A model generated the notes under the pieces. The model worked only from the letters and a program-made list of their open reading frames with translations. It ran no database searches and was not told the DNA's origin. A program made the translations under genes and the position numbers. A stretch of 64,000 bases of DNA from Macrostomum lignano (taxonomy: Eukaryota): positions 46,886 to 110,885 of the forward strand of contig NIVC01000833.1 in NCBI GenBank assembly GCA_002269645.1. The letters are read 5' to 3'. Shown here piece after piece: positions 22,716-35,870 of the stretch. Numbering within the stretch: the stretch's first letter is position 1; every line of letters begins with the position of its first letter.

Positions 22716-23045
22716 GTGAGTGAGTGAGTGAGTCAGTCAGTCAGTCAGTCAGTCAGTCAGTCAGTCAGTCAGTCAGTCAGTCAGTCAGTCAGTCAGTCAG
22801 TCAGTCAGTCAGTCAGTCAGTCAGTCAGTCAGTCAGTCAGTCAGTCAGTCAGTCAGTCAGTCAGTCAGTCAGTCAGTCAGTCAGTCAGTCAGTCAGTCAG
22901 TCAGTCAGTCAGTCAGTCAGTCAGTCAGTCAGTCAGTCAGTCAGTCAGTCAGTCAGTCAGTCAGTCAGTCAGTCAGTCAGTCAGTCAGTCAGTCAGTCAG
23001 TCAGTCAGTCAGTCAGTCAGTCAGTCAGTCAGTCAGTCAGTCAGT
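22716..23045. repeat. (GAGT)n grading into (CAGT)n microsatellite
   Basis: Direct periodicity; begins at a consensus splice donor GTGAGT. Confidence 0.97.
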
Positions 23046-23968
23046 TATTTAATCTACTCAGCACAGCTTGGAGCAGAGCTGAATTTCAATCGCAGCAGCA
23101 GCTGAGCCAGCCGCCCGCCAGACCGCCCTGTTGAAAGTGAGACGGAGTTGCGAGCACTTGGCTACTTCCGGGGCGGCGGGAGATTTCGGAGGGGAAATTT
23201 CAGTTGAGATGGGAATCGAGAGGCGGCTTTCTAATCCCCTTGGGGATTATCGAAAGTGTGGGGACGAAGCAGATTTGCCCCCCTCGCCTGCCGGATAGAG
23301 AGACTGAGAGGCTGCAGCCCTCCTGCCTCCGAGCCGCGTGCAAAGTCGAGAAGCGAAGGAAATCGAACTCCAACCCCTCTATTTTGAATTTTTACTCTGA
23401 GAGGCTCAAGAGGGTCAGCAAGTAGATCGATTGGCTTCCTCTCGGTCGCGACAGACAGGCCCGGCCTCATCAAGCCAGTGATTGTGTCCCGGCGGTAATT
23501 GGGGATTTGGACAGCCGACCCATTTAGCCCCGACTGTTTTCCTTTTCACTGATTTATCTAATATCTTTTCAATTTAATAGCATAAAAAAACTTGCATCTC
23601 TACTATCAGTAAATAAGTAGCGCATAGTGACTTTTATTTAGTTCGAGATAACTATTTATTATTTAAAATTAATTAACAAAATGTTGGACATTTATGGCAC
23701 TTACCAAATTGACTTTATAATCAGCGAATAAAAATCAATAAACTTCTAATTATTAGACAACTAAAATACCAGCATCTCGCTTTCTAATTGGCTAATTAGA
23801 CAACCCCCACCACCCCCGCAAGCGGCGTGAACCCCAATAGGAACCGCCCCTGTCCCTCACCTCCCCTTCGAAGCTGACGCCTCCCTTCTTATTCGTTTCA
23901 AACAAAAGTCAAGCCCCCGAGAATGGAGCCCCGGCTATCGAAGTCGGCCGTATGAGATTTCTAAGAAA

Positions 23969-24394
23969 ATGATTGACGAATCTGTGGATGAAGTGGCCGG
24001 AATCAGCGCTGTAGCCGCCATGGGCCTTATTTGGCATCGTCGGCGAGAGGTGGAAATTCGCCGTCAGTCGCTGATGCTGATGGCCACCCCGCTGGAGAGG
24101 CGGCGGAGCAGCGGTAGCGCGCATGGCAGCGTCGGTGGCAGCGGCAGCTGCTGCAACGTTGTCGACAGGCAACAGTCGGTGTCAGCCATGGAGATTTCTA
24201 ACGGCGCAACGACCGAGGCCGAATCGTCGGCAGGTGTCTCTGAGGCGCCGCTGAAGTGTTCGCCGGGAGCCGAGGTGCTCACCTCGGAGCGGGACGGGTT
24301 TCGCAGAATTCGGCACACGAAACCGAAATGCGTGCTGAGGAGGCCCGACTGCGCTGCGGTGCCCTGCGAATGCGCCGAGGTCTGTTGGAGATGA
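23969..24394 (+). CDS. GC-rich coding-like ORF of unknown function (141 aa)
   Basis: ATG start and exon-like composition, but competing ORFs on the opposite strand and no recognisable domain. Confidence 0.25.
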   Translation: MIDESVDEVAGISAVAAMGLIWHRRREVEIRRQSLMLMATPLERRRSSGSAHGSVGGSGSCCNVVDRQQSVSAMEISNGATTEAESSAGVSEAPLKCSPGAEVLTSERDGFRRIRHTKPKCVLRRPDCAAVPCECAEVCWR

Positions 24395-24679
24395 GCTGGG
24401 TTACCTGGGCTGTTTACCTGGGCTACCCGGTATACCTGGGCCACCCGGGACCTTAGTTACCTGGGTTAATCGGGCTACCTAATTTACATGGGCTACGAGC
24501 TCGTACCTGGGTTACCTGGGGTGTTCTGCGATATCAGGGTTATCAGATACCAGTTACTATTGCTGCCAGGGGGTCACGCGTTATATCGTCTCTGCTTTTT
24601 TAGAATCATTCTAAAATTTTTAGAGTCGTGCTCTAGCTTTCCTATAATCGTCCCAGCTTTGTTACCATTGTAGTAGTTT

Positions 24680-25430
24680 TCGCAGCTTTCTTAGAATCAT
24701 CACTGCTTTCTTAAAATCGTCGCAAATTTCTTAGAATTATCACCGCTTTCTTAAACTCGTCGCAGTTTTCTTAGAATCGTCACAAATTTCTTAGAGTCGT
24801 CGCAGCTTTCTTAGAATGATCGCAGCTGTCTTTGAATGGTCGCAGCTTTCTTAGAATGGTCGCAGCTTTCTTAGAGTTGTCATAGCTTTCTTAGAATCAT
24901 CGCAGGTTTCTAAGAATGGTTACAGCTTTATTAGAATGATCGCAGCTTTCTTAGAATGGTCACAGCTTTCTTAGAATGGTCGCAGTTTTCTTAGAATCGT
25001 CACCGCTTTCTTAGAATCGTCGCAGCTTTCTTAGAATGGTTACAGCTTTCTTAGAATGATTGCAGCTTTCTTAGAATGATCGCAGCTTTCTTAGAATCGT
25101 CGCAGCTTTCTTAGAATCATCACCGCTTTCTTAAAATCGTCGCAGTTTTCTTAGAATCGTCGCAAATTTCTTAGAATCGTCACCGCTTTCTTAGAATCGT
25201 CGCAGCTTTCTTAGAATGGTTACAGCTTTCTTAGAATGATCGCAGCTTTCTTAGAATCGTCGCAGGTTTCTTAGAATGGTTACAGCTTTCTTAGAATGAT
25301 CGCAGCTTTCTTAGACTCGTCGCAGGTTTCTAAGAATGGTTACAGCTTTATTAGTATGATCGCAGCTTTCTTAGAATCGTCGCAGCTTTCTTAGAATGGT
25401 CGCAGTTTTCCTAGAATCGTCTAGGAATCG
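24680..25430. repeat. 20-bp minisatellite (CGCAGCTTTCTTAGAATCGT)n
   Basis: Direct periodicity. Confidence 0.92.
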
Positions 25431-25696
25431 TTGGTTGGTAAATTAGTTCTAATGTAGTACATGCAGAAAACATGACACGAACCTAAGATTTCAGCGTAGT
25501 TTCCTTTCGGGCCTCGTTAAGTCCTCTGCGCTTTGTACTTTTGCAGTGCTGAGCTCTTGAAGTTCGGGCATAAATTGGATCACGGATCAGCTCCTAACGG
25601 CCCTCTACAAGCTTTTCAAAAGTGACTTAGCAATCGGATGGATTACAGACTGAAAATTGAAAATAAACAGATTAGAGCGTGGTAAACACGTGGTAA

Positions 25697-25795
25697 ACAC
25701 CCTGTCTCTCGGGTGGGCGCCCCTGTCTCTTGGGTGGGCGCCCCTGTCTCCTGGGTGGGCACCCCTGTCTCTTGGTGAGCGTCCTGTCTCTTGGT
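25697..25795. repeat. 21-bp short tandem repeat (CCCCTGTCTCTYGGGTGGGCG), ~5 copies
   Basis: Direct periodicity. Confidence 0.8.
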
Positions 25796-26289
25796 GACAA
25801 AACTTGAGCTCCTGTCATTCGTCAAGCTTAAAGTGGCGCCAAAAATTGATCAAATGGCACCAAATTAGTGTAAAGATTTTGGAGTCGCTAGTACGTGACT
25901 TTGATGTAACACTGAATTAGTTTTGATGTGAGTGCAAGTTTCTTGTCAATGAGGATAAAGAGGGCTACTTATTAAAAACCGCTCACACAATGACCACTTT
26001 GAACAAGCAAGCGCTTGAAGGAACTGCAAACATCTGCAAAACAGCGGCACTCGAAGGCTAAGTTGAGCACGAATGAAGTGTGCTCAAGTCTCCATCAAGC
26101 TCACCCAGTCACTCTCTTCCCTTTGCGATAATTAAAAGCAAAATGCAAAGCAAAGTCAATTAAAGGGCTGGTGTGTCAGAGAGCAGCTCAGCGGCTAACT
26201 AGCGTAAGGCGCGGGGAATCGAAGCTTAGTTAATGTACTTTGGCGCAAGAGACCGAAGCGTTAACCCACTGAGCTGCTTTGATTTCTTC

Positions 26290-27127
26290 GCCTTGACTCA
26301 GGGGTCATCTTGACTCAGGGGTCATCTTGACTCAGGGGTCATCTTGACTCAGGGGTCATCTTGACTCAGGGGTCATATTCTTAACTCAGGGTCAGGAGGG
26401 TAGTGAGACCTTGATTCAGGCCTCATCTTGAGTAACTATGGTGATCTTGACTCAGGGGTCGCTTTGACTCAGGGGTCGCTTTGACTCAGGGGTCGCTTTG
26501 ACTTAGGGGTCATTTTGACTCAGGGTCATCTTGACTCAGTGGTCATATTGACTCAGAGGTCAGTGGGAAGTGTGAGGGTTAGGGAGGGTAGTGAGACCTT
26601 GATTCAGGCCTCATCTTGAGTAACTATGGTGATCTTGACTCAGGGGTCGCTTTGACTCAGGGGTCGCTTTGACTTAGGGGTCATTTTGACTCAGGGTCAT
26701 CTTGACTCAGTGGTCATATTGACTCAGAGGTCAGTGGGAAGTGTGAGGGTTAGGGAGGGTAGTGAGACCTTGATTCAGGCCTCATCTTGTGTAACTAGGG
26801 TCATCTTGACTCAGGCCTCATCTTGTGTAACTAGGGTAATCTTGACTCAGGCCTCATCTTGAATCAGGGTTAACCTTGACTCAGAGGTCATCTTGAATCA
26901 GGGTTAACCTTGACTCAGGGGTCATCTTGAATCAGGGTTAACCTTGACTCAGAGGTCATCTTGAATCAGGGTTAACCTTGACTCAGGGGTCATCTTGAAT
27001 CAGGGTTAACCTTGACTCAGAGGTCATCTTGAATCAGGGTTAACCTTGACTCAGGGGTCATCTTGAATCAGGGTTAACCTTGACTCAGAGGTCATCTTGA
27101 ATCAGGGTTAACCTTGACTCAGGGGTC
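26290..27127. repeat. 17-bp minisatellite (TTGACTCAGGGGTCATC) with 34-bp dimer and an internal ~180-bp duplication
   Basis: Direct periodicity; TGACTCA core. Confidence 0.9.
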
Positions 27128-27671
27128 ACTTGCAGCGTTACACTAAGAACCTCAGATAGCTGACTAATTTCACAAGCTCAATAAACGTTTTTTAGCTTCA
27201 AAGTCTTGTGAAATTCCTGTCCTTATTTGGGGAACGAATAACCTCCTCCCCGTCTTCTATCAGGAGAATAGACGGGCATCTCCCTCTTTCCCCCCCTGAG
27301 CCCCTGAATTCTCAAATTCCAAAAAATCGCGCCATGGGCCACCCCCCTGCCTGCTTGGCTATTTTCCTGTTTTGATTTTTTCATAATACTAGACACACGG
27401 ATTCTGCTGTCTGCTGGCTTTTGATCTTCGGAGCGGGTGCCTCATCCCCACCGTCACGTCAAAGAGGGAATCTGGAGGGGAATAGGGGAAGCTGATCCGG
27501 TGTGTGTGCCTTTTGTCCAGGCTGGTGGCTGTAGCGCAGGGATTTAAACAAAAATTTGACTCTCCGTATGAAAAGAAAAGTAAATGAAATCTGAGATAGG
27601 AAATAAACATCTTGACGGAGTGACTGAACAGCATAAATAATCTGGAATGACCTCGGAAAAAGCAAGGAATA

Positions 27672-29035
27672 GAGAGTGACCATCACAATGAATAGAGAGT
27701 GACCATCACAATGAATAGAGAGTGACCATCACAATGAATAGAGAGTGACCATCACAATGAATAGAGAGTGACTATCACAATGAATAGAGAGTGACTATCA
27801 CAATGAATAGAGAGTGACTATTACAATGAATAGAGAGTGACTATCACAATGAATAGAGAGTGACCAATGCAATGAATAGAGAGTGACTATCACAATGAAT
27901 AGAGAGTGACCAATGCAATGAACAGAGAGTGACCAATGCAATGAACAGAGAGTGACCAAAGCAATGAACAGAGAGTGACCAATGCAATGAACAGAGAGTG
28001 ACCAATGCAATGAACAGAGAGTGACCAAAGCAATGAACAGAGAGTGACCAATGCAATGAACAGAGAGTGACCAAAGCAATGAACAGAGAGTGACCAATGC
28101 AATGAACAGAGAGTGACCAATGCAATGAATAGAGAGTGACTATCACAATGAATAGAGAGTGACCATCACAATGAATAGAGAGTGACCAATGCAATGAATA
28201 GAGAGTGACCAATGCAATGAATAGAGAGTGACCAATGCAATGAACAGGGAGTGACCAAAGCAATGAACATAGAGTGACCAATGCAATGAACAGAGAGTGA
28301 CCAATGCAATGAGCAGAGAGTGACCAATGCAATGAATAGAGAGTGACCATCACAATGAATAGAGAGTGACCATCACAATGAATAGAGAGTGACTATCACA
28401 ATGGACAGAGAGTGACCAAAGCAATGAACAGAGAGTGACCAATGCAATGAACAGAGAGTAACCAATGCAATGAACAGAGAGTGACCAATGCAATGAACAG
28501 AGAGTGACCAATGCAATGAACAGAGAGTGACCAAAGCAATGAACAGAGAGTGACCAAAGCAATGAACAGAGAGTGACCAATGCAAGGAACAGAGAGTGAC
28601 CAATGCAATGAATAGAGAGTGACCAAAGCAATGAACAGAGAGTGACCAAAGCAATGAACAGAGAGTGACCAAAGCAATGAATAGAGAGTGACCAATGCAA
28701 TGAACAGAGAGTGACCAAAGCAATGAACAGAGAGTGACCAAAGCAATGAACAGAGAGTGACCAAAGCAATGAACAGAGAGTGACCAAAGCAATGAACAGA
28801 GAGTGACCATCACAATGAACAGAGAGTGACCATCACAATGAACAGAGAGTGACCATCACAATGAACAGAGAGTGACCATCACAATGAACAGAGAATGACC
28901 AAAGCAATGAACAGAGAATGACCAAAGCAATGAACAGAGAGTGACCATCACAATGAACAGAGAATGACCAAAGCAATGAACAGAGAATGACCAAAGCAAT
29001 GAACAGAGAGTGACCAAAGCAATGAACAGAGAGTG
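27672..29035. repeat. 23-bp minisatellite (AATGAAYAGAGAGTGACCA-TCAC/ATGC/AAGC)n
   Basis: Direct periodicity, ~59 copies. Confidence 0.96.
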
Positions 29036-29749
29036 AATTCACGAAGTGACAATATATAATTATCAAACGGGACTCCGAAATGAACTGAATACTGAACTAA
29101 TTCAAGTGTTTAATAAAAAAACAGTTTAAAACTTCCAAGAATCCGCAAAACATTTCGAATACTAGCTATAATAAACTCAGCGGCAAGATGCGCAGGAAGA
29201 TAGAAATTTGCCTTGCATGTAAAATAATTACTCTCTGCAGTTAACCCCCTGCCTGCAGCGACCGCCTCAGCAGCCTCCTCGCGCCGCGTCCCAGTTTTCA
29301 ACCGGGCCTGAGACGGGCACGCCGGCTCAATGCTTTTTTTCCTGTCAGCCTCCTCGCCGCTTGCTGCATCTAATTAACCAGGAGGGGGGTTGGGGGCTGA
29401 GAAGGCGGAGGAGAGGTCGCCCCCTCTGCAGGGAGAAGAATTACAAGCAGGCAACAGGCTTAGAAGAGGGAGACAGGGCAGGCCTGTAAGAGTGCACCGG
29501 AGGGGGCGGCTTTTGGATCGAGCTGTCAAATAATTTCGGCTTGGCTTGTAAAATTGTTTCAGGGACAAATTCTGGCTGCAGTTTGAGGCTGGGCGGGTTG
29601 AAACCATGGAGCGTCATCATCTCACCCTTGGGGACTTCTCCGAACTAATTGAGCAGCTGCTAATTGGTTATTAAAAACCGCTTCTCAAACAGCTGGGGCG
29701 AATTGGAGGAGTGGCTGCAGATCAGAGTTAATGAGAGAGCTTCGAATGC

Positions 29750-30442
<693 letters not shown>

Positions 30443-30462
30443 TCAAAAATATCCGCCCCCAG

Positions 30463-30894
30463 CTCAACACCGAATGGACCGAGCTGGAGGTGATCGACCT
30501 GCTCAACGACGGCTCCGGCCTGGGCTTCGGCATCGTGGGCAGCAAGAGCACCGGCGTGGTGGTCCGCACCATCCTCTCTGGCGGCGCCGCCGACAGGGAC
30601 GGCCGGCTTCGCTCCGGCGATCACATCCTCAGCGTCGGCACGGTGTGCACCCGCGGCATGGCCAGCGAGCACGTCGCCAGCCTCCTGCGCCAGTGCAGCG
30701 ACCAGGTGCGCCTCATTGTTGCCCGCGCCGTCCGGGACGCGGCGTCGCACAGCCCGACGGCGGAGCCCGGCCGGCTCTGCCAGCTGACGCCGACTGCCGA
30801 GCTGGACGCGCACCTGGCCGACCTGCTGGCGACGATGCAGCCGCAGTTGAACGACGAGGAAGCGATGGCGGAGGCTGAGCAGCAGGATTCGCGG
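30463..30894 (+). CDS. MPDZ: Multi-PDZ protein (MPDZ/PATJ family), exon with PDZ2
   Basis: Acceptor CCCCAG|CTC; [56 protein letters not shown]...[15 protein letters not shown] is recognisable as MPDZ/PATJ PDZ2; donor CGG|GTGGGG, phase 0. Confidence 0.92.
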
Positions 30895-30967
30895 GTGGGG
30901 AAGAGCTTTGTCTGTTGCTAGCAAAGATTTATTGATTAATCAACGAATCAAGCAACTATTCGTCTAG

Positions 30968-31009
<42 letters not shown>

Positions 31010-31010
31010 T

Positions 31011-31107
<97 letters not shown>

Positions 31108-31139
31108 ATCGATCAATCAATCAATCAGATTGATGAGTT

Positions 31140-31184
<45 letters not shown>

Positions 31185-31232
31185 GTTAATTAATCAATCA
31201 ATCAATCAATCAATCAACCAACCAATCAATCC

Positions 31233-31278
<46 letters not shown>

Positions 31279-31283
31279 TAATT

Positions 31284-31332
<49 letters not shown>

Positions 31333-31485
31333 CTCAATCAATCAATCAATCAGTCAATCAATCAATCAATTAATTAATCAATCAATCAATTAATCAATAA
31401 ATCAATCAACCAATTATTCAATCAATCAATCAGTCTATTAATTAATCAATCAATCAGTCAATCAATTAATTAATCAATCAATCAG

Positions 31486-31518
<33 letters not shown>

Positions 31519-31552
31519 TAATTAATCAATCAATCAGTCAATCAATCAATCG
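30968..31552. repeat. (ATCA)n microsatellite, imperfect
   Basis: Direct periodicity. Confidence 0.96.
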
Positions 31553-31686
31553 TTGCAATAATTTCATCGTTTTATTTATGGAAAAGCAGAATATTTTATC
31601 AATCAAACTGTTCCACCCATCCCCCTATCATTTAGCACTTAGCTGTTTCGCTAAAATTCATGTCTATACTTTGAACACCATCGCAG

Positions 31687-31888
31687 ACCCAGACCAGCTG
31701 GCCCCAGAACTGCCTAGAGCAGTTTCACAAGCCACCGCAATTGTCAAACAGCAGAAATTCGGCAGAAGAAAATTCCGAAGAAGACTTTGAGAACGAAGAG
31801 GAGAAACATTTCACCGTGTTGTTGAACCGCCACGGCTCCAGGGGGCTCGGCATCACCATTGCGGGATATGTGGGCGAGTGCCCACTGG
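31687..31888 (+). CDS. MPDZ: MPDZ/PATJ exon, start of PDZ3
   Basis: Acceptor TCGCAG|ACC, phase 0; HFTVLLNRHGSRGLGITIAGYVG is the PDZ3 GLGI motif; donor G|GTGAGT, phase 1. Confidence 0.85.
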
Positions 31889-31909
31889 GTGAGTCGCGGC
31901 TGCACTGCA

Positions 31910-32320
31910 GGGTGTCAGACTGTATGGGTGTCAGACTATCTATGGGTTGTCAGATTGTCTATGAGGTGTCAGACTGTCTATGAGGTGTCAGATGTCTATG
32001 AGGTGTCAGATTGTCTATGGGTTGTCAGATTGTCTATGAGGTGTCAGACTTCTATGGGGTGTCAGATTGTCTATGAGGTGTCAGACTATCTATGGGGTGT
32101 CAGACTATCTATGGGATGTCAGACTGTCTATGGGGTGTCAGCCTGTCTATAAGGTGTCAGACTGTCTATGGTGTGTCAGACAGTCTATGGGGTGTCAGAT
32201 TGTCCTCTGTCAGACTGTCTATGGGGTGTCAGATTGTCCTCTGTCAGACTATCTATAGAGACTCGGTTTGACTATGAGGGGTCAGACTGTGGTGCGTCAA
32301 ACTATCATGAGGATGTCAAA
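31910..32320. repeat. ~20-22-bp minisatellite (CTATGRGGTGTCAGACTGT)n
   Basis: Direct periodicity. Confidence 0.88.
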
Positions 32321-32472
32321 CCTTAGGTTACATGTCAGGCTGTGTACAGTCTAAGGAAAACTTATTTTAAAAATTTCTATGATCTAGACTTTCATCTACT
32401 CTAAGTAGTCTATGCAACATTTCGTAGAATGCAACATAAAACTGACAAAAACTACTTCGCCGAAAGTTGCAG

Positions 32473-32564
32473 CGAAGCTGAGCGGCATCTTCATCAAAAG
32501 CATTTTGTCCGGAAGTGAAGCTGACATCCAGGGACGACTAGCCATGAATGACCGCATTGTTAAG
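32473..32564 (+). CDS. MPDZ: MPDZ/PATJ exon, middle of PDZ3
   Basis: Acceptor TTGCAG|CG, phase 1; KLSGIFIKSILSGSEADIQGRLAMNDRIVK; donor AAG|GTAAGT, phase 0. Confidence 0.9.
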
Positions 32565-32597
32565 GTAAGTAGTTTGTCTCGTGAATCTAGACAATTA

Positions 32598-33222
32598 AGC
32601 ACACTAAGCGCCAAAATGAGCACACTAAGCGCTAACATAAGCACACTAAGCGCCAACATAAGCACACTAAGCGCCAAAACAAGCACACTAAGCGCTAAAA
32701 TAAGCACACTAAGCACCAACATAAGCACACTAAGCGCCAACATTATCACACTAAGCGCCAACATTATCACACTAAGCGCCAACATTATCACACTAAGCGC
32801 CAACATAAGCACTCTAGGCGCCAACATAAGCACTCTAAGCGCCAACATAAGCACTCTAAGCGCCAACATTATCACACTAAGCGCCAACATAAGCACACTA
32901 AGCGCCAACATAAGCACACTAAGCGCCAACATAAGCACACTAAGCGCCAACATTATCACACTAAGCGCCAACATAAGCACTCTAGGCGCCAACATAAGCA
33001 CTCTAAGCGCCAACATAAGCACTCTAAGCGCCAACATAAGCACACTAAGCGCCAAAACAAGCACACTAAGCGCCAACATAAGCACTCTAAGCGCCAACAT
33101 AAGCACACTAAGCGCCAAAACAAGCACACTAAGCGCCAACATAAGCACTCTAAGCGCCAACCTAAACACACTAAGCGCCAAAACAAGCACACTAAGCGCC
33201 AACATAAGCACTCTAAGCGCCT
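32598..33222. repeat. 21-bp minisatellite (GCACACTAAGCGCCAACATAA)n
   Basis: Direct periodicity, ~30 copies. Confidence 0.95.
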
Positions 33223-33779
33223 CCCCAGCCTCGCGGGTGCCAAGCACAGACTATGAATCAAGCGGAGCACGCCCCCCATAATTAATGAGCAGTCGGTAGC
33301 ATTGCAGCTCTCAAAGACCCCAGACATAATTTCATGAAAAAACTCAATTAAATCCGATAGACGAAATGAGGAGAAAATTCTGGGCAGAATTTTTTTATCA
33401 TTTCCCAATGATTGATTGAGGCGAATGGCTTCATTTGTGCGAGTTAAATCTTCAGCTCCATCTGAACTTAATCTATACTTGAGTCCATTCATCTACCTGC
33501 TCTATTAATAGCCACAGTCCAAATTGCATTGCCCAGCTGAGCTGAGAGGCGTGACTTCAGCTAGCGCTGGGGGTGAGAGTTCAGAGACGTCCCGTTTCTC
33601 ATCTGACAGACATTTGAAGCAGCTCACGAGCCTGCAAGGTCTCAGAATTTCCTTTGTTACCGGCAAATCGTTTGCTCCTCGTACTGCATACTGCTTTTGT
33701 ATGAATTGCATTCATACTGTGGGTTTACGTAGTTGTAGTATTATGCCCCCCATCAGCTTAAAGTCCACCTAAATCCACC

Positions 33780-34060
33780 TCTACCCTCTTACTCCTCTCT
33801 ACCTCTCTCCTCTCTACCTCTCTACCTCTCTCCTCTCTACCTCTCTCCTCTCTACCTCTCTCTCCTCTCTACCTCTCTCCTCTCTACCTCTCTCCTCTCT
33901 ACCTCTCTCTCCTCTCTACCTCTCTCCTCTCTACCTCTCTCTCCTCTCTACCTCTCTCCTCTCTACCTCTCTCTCCTCTCTACCTCTCTCCTCTCTACCT
34001 CTCTCCTCTCTACCTCTCCCTCTGTTATCTTCAGCCTTGCCTCTCTTATATCTACCTCTC
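33780..34060. repeat. CT-rich 13/15-bp repeat (CTCTACCTCTCTC)n
   Basis: Direct periodicity. Confidence 0.9.
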
Positions 34061-34554
34061 GTCTCCACCTCTGCCTCGCCTTTCTTTGTTTCTTAACATG
34101 CAATAATAAACCAACGTTTGACAAACTAAGAACCAGCTCGAAGGGCAATTTTAATCTCCATGGATCGGGCAGAATTTAGGGTGTCAGGGGGGCAGGCGAG
34201 CTTTCGGAAGCCAGTTCCTACAGTGCATCCATCGGATTAACTTGAAGTTGGAAGGGCCTGCTATCTGGGCAGCGGGTGTGCATGTTCTTCAACCCGAAAC
34301 CCCGCATCCTCCCCTCCTCTCTGCCAACCCGTTCCCCGATAAGGAGTCCCAGATACAGCATCAGGAATCGCCTCACCATTCCATTCGATCACTGGGTGCT
34401 GAATTGAGGGGCGCACTAACCGCGATTAACTCTGCTTAACTTGCTATAAAATCTATTTTTCTATGTATTTTCTAGTCTGATTATCTGGTCCCCAAGACTG
34501 TCTGTGCTGAAACTCCCTTCGATAAAATTCATTAAGCAAAAAATGCGTTTCTGA

Positions 34555-35870
34555 TCTCTCCCTCCCTTCTCTCTTTTCTCCTTCCCCCCTCTTCTCTCCC
34601 TTCCTCTCTCTTTTCTCTTTCCCCCCTCTTCCCTCTCTTCCTCTCTCTTTTCTCTTTTCCCCCTCTTCTCTCCCTTCCTCTCTCTTTCTCCTTTCCCCCT
34701 CTTCTCTCCCTTCCTCTCTCTTTTCTCTTTCCCCCCTCTTCTCTCCCTTCCTCTCTCTTTCTCCTTTCCCCCTCTTCTCTCCCTTCCTCTCTCTTTTCTC
34801 TTTTCCCCCTCTTCTCTCCCTTCCTCTCTCTTTTCTCCTTTCCCCCTCTTCTCTCCCTTCCTCTCTCTTTTCTCTTTTCCCCCTCTTCTCTCCCTTCCTC
34901 TCTCTTTCTCCTTTCCCCTCTTCTCTCCCTTCCTCTCTCTTTTCTCTTTTCCCCCTCTTCTCTCCCTTCCTCTCTCTTTCTCCTTTCCCCCTCTTCTCTC
35001 CCTTCCTCTCTCTTTTCTCCTTTCCCCCTCTTCTCTCCCTTCCTCTCTCTTTTCTCTTTTCCCCCTCTTCTCTCCCTTCCTCTCTCTTTCTCCTTTCCCC
35101 CTCTTCTCTCCCTTCCTCTCTCTTTTCTCCTTTCCCCCTCTTCTCTCCCTTCCTCTCTCTTTTCTCTTTTCCCCCTCTTCTCTCCCTTCCTCTCTCTTTC
35201 TCCTTTCCCCCTCTTCTCTCCCTTCCTCTCTCTTTTCTCCTTTCCCCCTCTTCTCTCCCTTCCTCTCTCTTTCTCCTTTCCCCCTCTTCTCTCCCTTCCT
35301 CTCTCTTTTCTCCTTTCCCCCTCTTCTCTCCCTTCCTCTCTCTTTCTCCTTTCCCCCTCTTCTCTCCCTTCCTCTCTCTTTTCTCTTTTCCCCTCTTCTC
35401 TCCCTTCCTCTCTCTTTCTCCTTTCCCCCTCTTCTCTCCCTTCCTCTCTCTTTTCTCTTTTCCCCCTCTTCTCTCCCTTCCTCTCTCTTTTCTCTTTTCC
35501 CCCTCTTCTCTCCCTTCCTCTCTCTTTTCTCTTTTCCCCCTCTTCTCTCCCTTCCTCTCTCTTTCTCCTTTCCCCCTCTTCTCTCCCTTCCTCTCTCTTT
35601 TCTCTTTTCCCCCTCTTCTCTCCCTTCCTCTCTCTTTCTCCTTTCCCCCTCTTCTCTCCCTTCCTCTCTCTTTTCTCCTTTCCCCCTCTTCTCTCCCTTC
35701 TTCTCTCTTTTCTCCTTTCCCCCTCTTCTCTCCCTTCTTCTCTCTTTTCTCCTTTCCCCCTCTTCTCTCCCTTCTCTCGTCTCCTCTCCTCTCCTCTCCT
35801 CTTCTATTCTCTCCTTTTTCTCCTCTATTATCTCCATTCTTCTCTCTTATCTCTTGTCTCATCTCTTCTC
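34555..35870. repeat. Pure-pyrimidine ~35-37-bp minisatellite
   Basis: Unit CCCCCTCTTCTCTCCCTTCCTCTCTCTTT(T)CTC(C/T)TTT repeated; almost no purines on the + strand. Confidence 0.95.

Noticed and set aside
25990-26165. Weak L27-like words (NKQAL...SVLKSP)
   Set aside because: Two in-frame stops, wrong spacing relative to the L27 pattern, and no clear splice sites; probably chance.
26574-26590. GGGTTAGGG telomere-like word
   Set aside because: A single unit (duplicated once with the local repeat); not a telomeric tract.
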